Below are positions 40,313 to 48,122 of a stretch of DNA of 48,122 nucleotides, in pieces. Below the pieces are notes generated by a model. The model had not been told where the DNA came from. It ran no database searches and worked only from the letters and a program-made list of their open reading frames with translations. The translations under genes and the position numbers were made by a program. The DNA lies in the NCBI GenBank assembly GCA_001600815.1, contig BCKZ01000047.1:1-48122 (forward strand), written 5' to 3'. The stretch is from Alloascoidea hylecoeti (Eukaryota). Position 1 is the stretch's first letter; every line of letters begins with the position of its first letter.

Positions 40313-42315
40313 TGTTGGATATATATTACACTCTTAGAACAGTTCACTAAAGAGTCGATTGGCTTTTTGGCGCAATTGGGAGAACAGGCACTTTGAACTT
40401 TAACATGGCGGACTCGAACCTGATGCCTCTCGTGGCGGCGCCGCTACCATGTTAAAGTTCAAAGTGCCTGTTCTCCTTTTTTTTTTTTTTTATACCTATC
40501 AAAGAGACAAAAAGTCGTATATTAGAAAATCATATATAACTATTTTAATTGACAAATATTCAATAAACAACTAATTATTGGGTTTACTAGAAGATCTACA
40601 TTATTTTTGAGGGGTAAATTTAAAATAAATTACATATATATAGAGTAGATGATTTCCACTTATAATAAGATAACTGAGAATAGATTAATAATTTTCCTAT
40701 AACGCTTTAAAATCGCTTACACAACAATGAGCTTAGAACTTTATATTAAACAATTAAATGAAACTATGCAAGAGTTTGTGAAGCTCAAGGAGGAGAAGGA
40801 ACAAAATGGTAGCGGCGCGGATGCGTCTGCATCGTCCCAACTCCGCGGAATGTCCAAATTAACTTTGGAAAGAGATTCGTTTAAACCTTGGGATTTTGGA
40901 TTTANTGGTGCTGTTCGTCGAATGGGATTAACTCGGTTCATCGACGAAAATGATGATACATTGTATCTGAAAGAAATGAGCCATGAAGAAGCTTGTAATC
41001 ACGATGAAGTAATGAAATTGATTTTGGGATCTATCTCAAATGAATTAAAAGTCTACGTTGACACCAAAAAGGGTGCTTTATACAGCTACAAAAGACTAAA
41101 ATCAGCTGTGATGAAATATATTCCCGTTACATCTAGTATTAGGGAATTAACAGAACTAAAATTTGATGGGACTGATCAAACAGTAGCCCAATTCTTGACC
41201 AAATATGAAAGAATATTGGTAGATATTGAAGACACGTCAGGAAATAGAATGCCTCCATACTTTGAAGCACAANTTCTATTGAACTGTTTAATTGGTGAAT
41301 ACGATATAGTCAAGAAGGAGCTTGGCACTCAAAAGGAACCAGACATAGAATCCATCAAGATGAAGATGGNAAACCTGGAAAATACGTTACTTCTCGATAA
41401 CCCTGCCAAAACTATTGCAGTAATTAATAAAAGGGGAAAAGAAAATTATGGCGAGAGAAGAAACAAATGGATGTGCTCCAAGTGTAAGAAAATGGGACAC
41501 AGTGCTTCCAGATGCTGGGTTCTATTGGAAAGATTAACAAGAAGTGCTTCAAGGCAGGAAGAATCAGGCTCAAAGAGACAAAGACCTAATATGACTGTTG
41601 ATAGTGAGGAATTTAAGAACGATATTTCTGCAATTATGCCTCTTGTTGTAGATGATATGCCAGGACCTGAGGAATTAGATTTTAACATTAAGGCTGAAGT
41701 ATTCTCAGAAGGTGATATCTCAATAGATGCTAAGAGAATAGGTCCAGATCTATATACATACACATCATTTGCAGATTGTGTTAATTTCATAAAGTTAAGT
41801 CTCAACAATATCACCTCTAGATGGGACAAGTCAAACAATGTACCAAGGAAATCAGAGTTTGAGAAATTCAGAAGTCTGAAGAATATGTTGATTGCATTTA
41901 GATTTATCTCATTGTCCAGAGAAAGCAAGTTGAAGGTCATTAATTGGTCAAGGAATACGTCACTCATTGTTCAGGCTAATGAGAATTCAACATTATATGC
42001 ATGTGAAGGTGTGAATTGGTCAATCAAGACTCTTAAGAACTGCATTGGTTATGTTCCAAGTAAAAGATTTGTCTTCAACTGTAAGTTCATCAAGAAATTA
42101 GAGATTAAGGTTTGGAACAAGGCAAGAGATGAAGATATAAGTATGGAGCTTCCAAGTACTAGTGCTGAATAGTGTTAGATATATAATGTATTAGTTGTTT
42201 ATTGAATATTTGTCAATTAAAATAGTTATATATGATTTTCTAATATACGACTTTTTGTCTCTTTGATAGGTATAAAAAAAAAAAAAAAGGAGAACAGGCA
42301 CTTTGAACTTTAACA
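40313..42315 (+). mobile_element. Composite Ty1/copia-derived insertion: 93-bp LTR (40313-40405), 44-bp spacer, inverted truncated 143-bp-type LTR (40450-40575), TATTGGG LTR (40576-40806), PBS, gag fusion, 143-bp LTR (42173-42315)
   Basis: TATAT directly flanks both outer ends (40308-40312 and 42316-42320); each part was identified by its other copies in the window. Confidence 0.75.
40727..42172 (+). CDS. Ty1/copia Gag (CCHC zinc knuckle) with an unrecognised ~215-aa C-terminal extension
   Basis: Starts inside the LTR and reads through PBS TGGTAGCGGCGC (40807). Contains CSKCKKMGHSASRC; no DSG protease or integrase motifs follow. Confidence 0.85.
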   Translation: MSLELYIKQLNETMQEFVKLKEEKEQNGSGADASASSQLRGMSKLTLERDSFKPWDFGFXGAVRRMGLTRFIDENDDTLYLKEMSHEEACNHDEVMKLILGSISNELKVYVDTKKGALYSYKRLKSAVMKYIPVTSSIRELTELKFDGTDQTVAQFLTKYERILVDIEDTSGNRMPPYFEAQXLLNCLIGEYDIVKKELGTQKEPDIESIKMKMXNLENTLLLDNPAKTIAVINKRGKENYGERRNKWMCSKCKKMGHSASRCWVLLERLTRSASRQEESGSKRQRPNMTVDSEEFKNDISAIMPLVVDDMPGPEELDFNIKAEVFSEGDISIDAKRIGPDLYTYTSFADCVNFIKLSLNNITSRWDKSNNVPRKSEFEKFRSLKNMLIAFRFISLSRESKLKVINWSRNTSLIVQANENSTLYACEGVNWSIKTLKNCIGYVPSKRFVFNCKFIKKLEIKVWNKARDEDISMELPSTSAE

Positions 42316-43037
42316 TATATAATTATAATAACTTATACATTTTTTCTTTTAATACTTTGAATTGATGAATATTAACAATTTCATTTTCCATCATTTACAC
42401 TTTTCTGATAATAACTTCTTCAGAATTTATTAATGGTGCTTAAATACTTATAATCATTAGTCATTGCAAATAGTATACCATACCAGGATTTTTTATATTT
42501 TTGAACACATCACATCATTATCCTTCGATACAATTTCCTTCAATACAATTATCTAACTGTTTAAATGAAAATAAATGATTATGATTTGAGAAAAAACTAC
42601 TGTATAAATTTAACAATACTTAAACAATAGTTCTAAAATAGAAAGTTGTTCCCCTTTTTTAATTATCAATATATATTATTATTGATGAGTAGCTAGCTAT
42701 GCACTTGATTGAATTAGACACGTGAAATAATAGTGGGTATAAATATTACTTTTTCCATGCCATTTATTCTCTTCTCTTAATAAATCTCTTGTTCCATTTT
42801 TTTTCAGTTAACTCCACTAGATGATGGTAAGTTTATTTTACAGATATTTCTAATATTATCTTATTATAAGTAACTAAATAATCAATGGGTTACCTCTTCA
42901 CGTTTGCAGTTATCAGAATAATACTATCGAGATATCAATCTTTTAATTTTTTTTGAATCCACAAATTTTTTTAAATTACCAAAGTAGTCTATCATATTTA
43001 AATTAAATTCTCATACACTTCAAATATTTTAAATTTT

Positions 43038-43216
43038 AAATTTATGATGATTATTATAACTTGATCAGCTTAAATTTTTCAACAGAAAACGATATTCATA
43101 TTATGAAGAGTCAATTTACAGATTTAGTTTTAGATCGTGTTCCATTATCTTAATAATTGATATATCTTTTGGTTTAGAAATGCGATGAATAAGTTAATTC
43201 AATATATCTGAGATTT
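43038..43216 (+). ncRNA. Family A orphan box C/D RNA
   Basis: ATGATGA 43044, CTGA 43208, CACGTG 42719, TATAAATA ~42738, GTAAGT 42827. Confidence 0.72.
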
Positions 43217-43764
43217 TACTAGTAATAGGGATGTGTCAGTTTTGGGGAATATTATATACCAAGCCTCTACCACCAACGCTGTAATTATTTCAATAATGAT
43301 GGATATTTCAGCTAAATTATGATTGTACAATTATTGGAAAATATTTTCGTTCTAACTTCTAAATCTGTCTCTATAATTCTGGATAGCTACAAATTTCTGG
43401 GAGGTTAGAATCAATTATATATCTTCTTGATCATGCATTAACTGGTTACAAATGTTACTTTCCATTAAAAATTTTGTAGAATAATTTCCTCGATCTAGAA
43501 CTTGTATTAGATTTATACTTACTAAGTCAATAGTAATCAATTCCAAAGTTTGCATTATTTTACATTTAAGGCACAGCTTAACTTTCAAAGAGAGTTGATA
43601 CTTATATCTTGGGAGAATATACATGTAATTATAAGTATAGTCATGCCAAGATAGTAAATTATTTGTTATTTGATAAGTAAAGATAAATAACTTATAATTT
43701 TTTTTTAATCTTATTTATTCTGCTTCCCTATTTGTTCCTTTTGGTATTTAAAAAATTTGCGTTT

Positions 43765-43860
43765 GTAATTACTTCTAACATCTTTAAGCTTATGCAATTC
43801 ATCATTAATATAGTTTTAAAACCTATAAAATCTATTTGAAATTCAAAAGCTAGAAAACTC
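43765..43860 (+). repeat. Isolated family B downstream block
   Basis: AACATCTTTAAGCTTATGCAATTC...TAGTTTTAA matches ~10789-10855. Confidence 0.6.
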
Positions 43861-44861
43861 ATCAAATTCATAAATAAATGCTGCATTTGACTATTTTAAT
43901 TATTGAAATTGGATTATAGATGTTGTTATATATATAGAAACTAATAGATCCATGGGTCACAATTTCTCTGAATTAAAAAGTAGATAGCATTGCAGTAATA
44001 TAAATTTAATATTATGTGAATAGTGTGTTTTGGCAAAGTATGATCAGAGCCTGAAATCCAATTACTGATAGTCGAAGAGGTGTTCTTTTCATACCAACAA
44101 TTAGATGAAAATCACTATTCATAAAATCCAATGTTTCCTAATTACAGTGTAAATATCAGCAATTTTTATATTATGAAAATCATTTAGGTTTTCTATTATT
44201 TATACTTAAAAAGTTAACCCTTCTATATTATGATTATTATTCATTGGAAGTGTCATATTATACTAAGATTTTATAAATTTTTAATCAAACATATTAGGCC
44301 ATATGTTGATGTCTTTCAATAAAATTATGTAGCTATGATACATATTGATCATTTATTACATTGTATGGATTAAGGTTAAAAATGGTTGACAATTTGAATC
44401 CTCTTTTAACCATATTTACCACAGACTGATCCTACCAGTAGCAATGTGCTTAAAATTCTAAATTTACAATCTATGGCTAGCTTGCTATCTATGTTCCACA
44501 CATCACATTCGGAATTGCAGTAGATAAACACGTGAAATAAATATATAAATATTAATTTTTCTAAACGATTCGTTTTAATCTTTTAAATCTACCAAGATCC
44601 TTCAATCTCCTTAAATATTCGATAGGTAATTATCCATTTACATGTAAGTTTATCTTATAGATATTTCCTGTATCTTCTTATTTTAAGTATCTCCATAATC
44701 AACGGTTTACATTTAACTCCTTTTGGATTGAAGATGTTAACTATTTTATATATTAGTGATCAATATGTACTGACTTATTTTTCTATTATTACAATTGGGA
44801 AGAAAATTGAGATAACCAAAAAAGTTACTTCATATCTATTTGAGATATACTCTGATATTTT

Positions 44862-45040
44862 AAATTAATGATGATTATTATAACTTGATCAGCTTTAATG
44901 CTTCAAAAATTATCAATATTTAGATTATAAAGAATTGATTAACAGATAAAATAATTGATCGTGCTTAATCAACTTAATGATTGATTGATTTTTTGGCTAT
45001 GAAGTGCTATGAATAAGTCAATTCAACATATCTGAAGTTT
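44862..45040 (+). ncRNA. Family A orphan box C/D RNA
   Basis: ATGATGA 44868, CTGA 45032, CACGTG 44529, TATAAATA ~44544, GTAAGT 44644. Confidence 0.72.
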
Positions 45041-45129
45041 ATAAATGAAAGAGATATTATGAAATTAACATAGTTTTATTGCTTAAGTTACCATAGAGTT
45101 ACAATAGAGTAATTATAGGCTATATATGA

Positions 45130-45812
45130 GTAGGTTGGTATTCCAAAAAGCAAAGTATCATTACAAAGTCAAGTACTGAAAGCGAACTCATCGGACTTGA
45201 ATTAGGTACTAATAAATTAGAATTACTATTACCAACATTGGAACTATTATATAANAATATCAATATCACTTTCAAAACAGATAATAATCCATTAATAAAT
45301 TGGATAAACTCAGATAAAAATGTAAAGGGCAAAACAAAAAATATAGATATCAAAATTAAGTACTTGAAACAACAATTTAAAATTAATCAAAACNGAAGAT
45401 TGGTGAGAGTTGATTCCTCATCGAACTATAGTGACATACTCACAAAACCTGTNNNNNNNNNNNNNNNNNNNNNNNNNNNNNNNNNNNNNNNNNNNNNNNN
45501 NNNNNNNNNNNNNNNNNNNNNNNNNNNNNNNNNNNNNNNNNNNNNNNNNNNNNNNNNNNNNNNNNNNNNNNNNNNNNNNNNNNNNNNNNNNNNNNNNNNN
45601 NCAATATTTAAAAGAAAAATCTTTTAAAAATTGAGAAGGAGTATTGGATATATAGTTATATAATTAAATTAGAATAGTTTTTGTTATTACATAGTTTCAT
45701 ATATATGGGGTGATATTTATGAAGATCTTCATTTCCCTTATATATTAGCGAGTTGCCACATTATTTAGTTTTAGAAAAACACACGTTCTTTATAATATAA
45801 ATTTATTACCAA
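45130..45812 (+). mobile_element. Ty1/copia 3' end: RNase H fragment, PPT and LTR (45642 to ~45812)
   Basis: VGWYSKKQSIITKSSTESE...TKNIDIK...SDILTKP, then GAGAAGGAG followed by TATTGGA; contains an N gap. Confidence 0.9.
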
Positions 45813-46675
45813 CTATGCCTCCGAAACAATTCAAGGACATCGCCACTGATGAGCCCATAAGCCAACAAATTTCTCTCGGATTTTTTCGTTTTTTCTTCCT
45901 CGTTTTCTGCCACCCAAACTTCTCTAAGTTTCGATAACATCTTCTCTGGTTCAAATGGGTATATTCCGGTTGCCTTATAACCAGAACGAATATTTCTAGC
46001 TGTTATTGCATCAGATCTGGCCTTCTTATATATTTCAATAAATTCTCCTTTTTGTGCTCTATGATTGTGGGGTTTATCCATTAGTATTTCGTCATAAATG
46101 TTTCTCAACCTCTTCTTGAGAGGACCAAAACAAGAGACATCTAATACCTGCATCGATTGGCTGGTGTGCAGGCAATATAAAGAGTCGAATATCATATTTA
46201 ATACATCCCATAACTAGTCGAAATGAGATATGACTAGAATTCCCGTCTAATAAAATAATGTATCCTTTTTCGTACGCAATATGGGGTAAAAATAATTCGT
46301 GTAACCATCTTAACATCAAATCTCCATTTATATAACCAGAACCGTAAAATGTAAATACCCAAGTCTTTGTCCTATCTTCATTATCAGATACCCAAGCAGG
46401 TGAGACACCATCATCCTCCTTTTTATTAAATATAATGAATGGAGCAGTCCTGGAACCATCGGAGATGAGCGCTCACTCACCACTTGGGAATTTAATTTTA
46501 GCAAACTTCTTTTGGGTAGAGGACACAAATCGCTTTTCCCCTTCATCAGTGACTCCAAACTGGGTACCAGTTTCATCCAAGTTCCAAATATGAGATTCTG
46601 GTGTTGTTTTGATAGCGTGATGGAGCAGTGTGTACCATTCGTAGGATATACTTGGGGTTCTCACTCAATCTATAG
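45806..46675 (-). pseudogene. pogo/Fot1-type DDE_1 transposase fragment
   Basis: NLDETG, LDGNSSH, HTSQSMQVLDVSCFGPLK and GYKATGIYPF; same stop and frameshift as 155-691. Confidence 0.92.
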
Positions 46676-46811
46676 TATTGGATATATAGTTATATAATTA
46701 GATAAAAATAGTTTTTGATATTACATAGTTTCATAAATATCACCCCATATATATGAAACTATGTAATAACAAAAACTATTTTAATTTAATTATATAACTA
46801 TATATCCAATA
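46676..46811. mobile_element. Fold-back (palindromic) copia 3' LTR
   Basis: Reverse complement of 19-154; follows PPT at 46812-46820 (-). Confidence 0.75.
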
Positions 46812-46825
46812 CTCCTTCTCAATTT

Positions 46826-48122
46826 TTAAAAGATTTTTCTTTTAAATATTGCACCAGTGACAGGTTTTGTGAGTATGTCACTATAGTTCGATGAGGAATC
46901 AACTCTCACCAATCTTCAGTTTTGATTAATTTTAAATTGTTGTTTCAAGTACTTAATTTTGATATCTATATTTTTTGTTTTGCCCTTTACATTTTTATCT
47001 GAGTTTATCCAATTTATTAATGGATTATTATCTGTTTTGAAAGTGATATTGATATTTTTATATAATAGTTCCAATGTTGGTAATAGTAATTCTAATTTAT
47101 TAGTACCTAATTCAAGTCCGATGAGTTCGCTTTCAGTACTTGGCTTTGTAATGATACTTTGCTTTTTTGGAATACCAACCTACACAATTGTGATTGATAA
47201 ATATCATTGTTCCAGATGTACTTTTCCTGNTTTCAGGACATCCTGCAAAATCTGAATCAACGTATATGGTAATATTTGCAGTTCCATTAGCATTTTCGAA
47301 TAAATCTTTCTTAATTGTTATTCCAGAATTTTTAGTGTTTAGCAAATATCTTATTATTCTTATAATGATTTCCCAAGTCTCTTTACTTTCATATTTCGTA
47401 TCACAATAACGGGACAAATAATTAGTGATATAACTTATATCTCCTCTATATATATTTGCAATATATAGTAATTTACCGATAGTTTTTCTATAAAGATCAC
47501 CTGTGTCATAATTTAATGGAGTTAACTCATCACTGTTAATATAGTAATTGGGGATATGAGGAAGTTTCGCATTCTTTATTTTACGAACTTCGATATTGTC
47601 CGAATTTCTTGATCCAATGATGTCTTTTAAAGAAAGAATATCTTTTTCTTTTGTAATCTTAATAGAATCTTTGAAAATATGCATATCAAGTCCCAATATA
47701 CTTAATTCATTACAATCGGTTTCATTCCATGTTGGATATATATTACACTCTTAGAACAGTTCACTAAAGGGTCGATTGGCTTTTTGGCGCAATTGGGAGA
47801 ACAGGCACTTTGAACTTTAACATTCCATTTAATTTCAAATTTATTAAGTAAGTTTTTCAAGTAAGTAAGGTCTGATAAATTTTTGTATAAAATCATACCA
47901 TCATCTACATAGAGACCAATAATAATATTTACTTCTTCATTTTGTAATTTAAAAATATTGTTAGCTTCTTTAAATCCATTTTTAATAAAGAATGTAGTGA
48001 TAAAAGTTTGCCAAAGACTTGATCCACGAGCTAAACCATACAAATTTCTTGTTAGCTTATAAATTGGTCTTTTATTTGAAGAAACGTTTAGATTTAATTT
48101 TTTATCTAAAGCTTTATGAAAT
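46826..48122 (-). pseudogene. Ty1/copia reverse transcriptase-RNase H, disrupted; runs off the window end
   Basis: LYGLARGSSLW, LYVDDG, YRKTIGKLLY, YVDSDFAG...RKSTSG and DILTKP; solo LTR insertion and a frameshift at ~47165. Confidence 0.95.
47730..47822 (+). mobile_element. 93-bp solo LTR inserted in RT
   Basis: TSD TTCCA on both sides. Confidence 0.92.

Noticed and set aside
1..48122. CRISPR array, tRNA or rRNA genes, point centromere
   Set aside because: No regularly spaced direct repeats, no full cloverleaf or rRNA sequence, and no CDEIII-like motif at a fixed distance from the CACGTG sites was noticed.

Overview
This is an AT-rich, almost gene-free eukaryotic window; a budding-yeast-like fungus is inferred from the Ty1/copia, pogo/Fot1 and Tpt1 sequences. 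The main unexplained signal is two unrelated, dispersed families of ~170-nt structured repeats. Family A has about 15 copies and family B about 9 copies plus isolated flanks. Both have box C/D RNA architecture: a terminal stem, RTGATGA, a long internal stem, CTGA, then the closing stem. Both show compensatory or G-U-compatible variation and neither has an obvious single-stranded rRNA guide. Family A copies sit in a repeated cassette (CACGTG, TATA, GTAAGT, C/D RNA, YAG, hairpin), which looks like an amplified noncoding host gene with an intronic orphan snoRNA. The only intact cellular-type gene is a Tpt1 (tRNA 2'-phosphotransferase) homolog lacking most catalytic residues. The rest is retroelement and transposon debris: 93-bp solo LTRs with 5-bp TSDs, LTR families with non-canonical TA termini, a composite gag-fusion insert, copia RT/RNase H relics and pogo DDE pseudogenes. 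The two ends of the window are near-identical inverted copies. All alignments and folds were done by eye.
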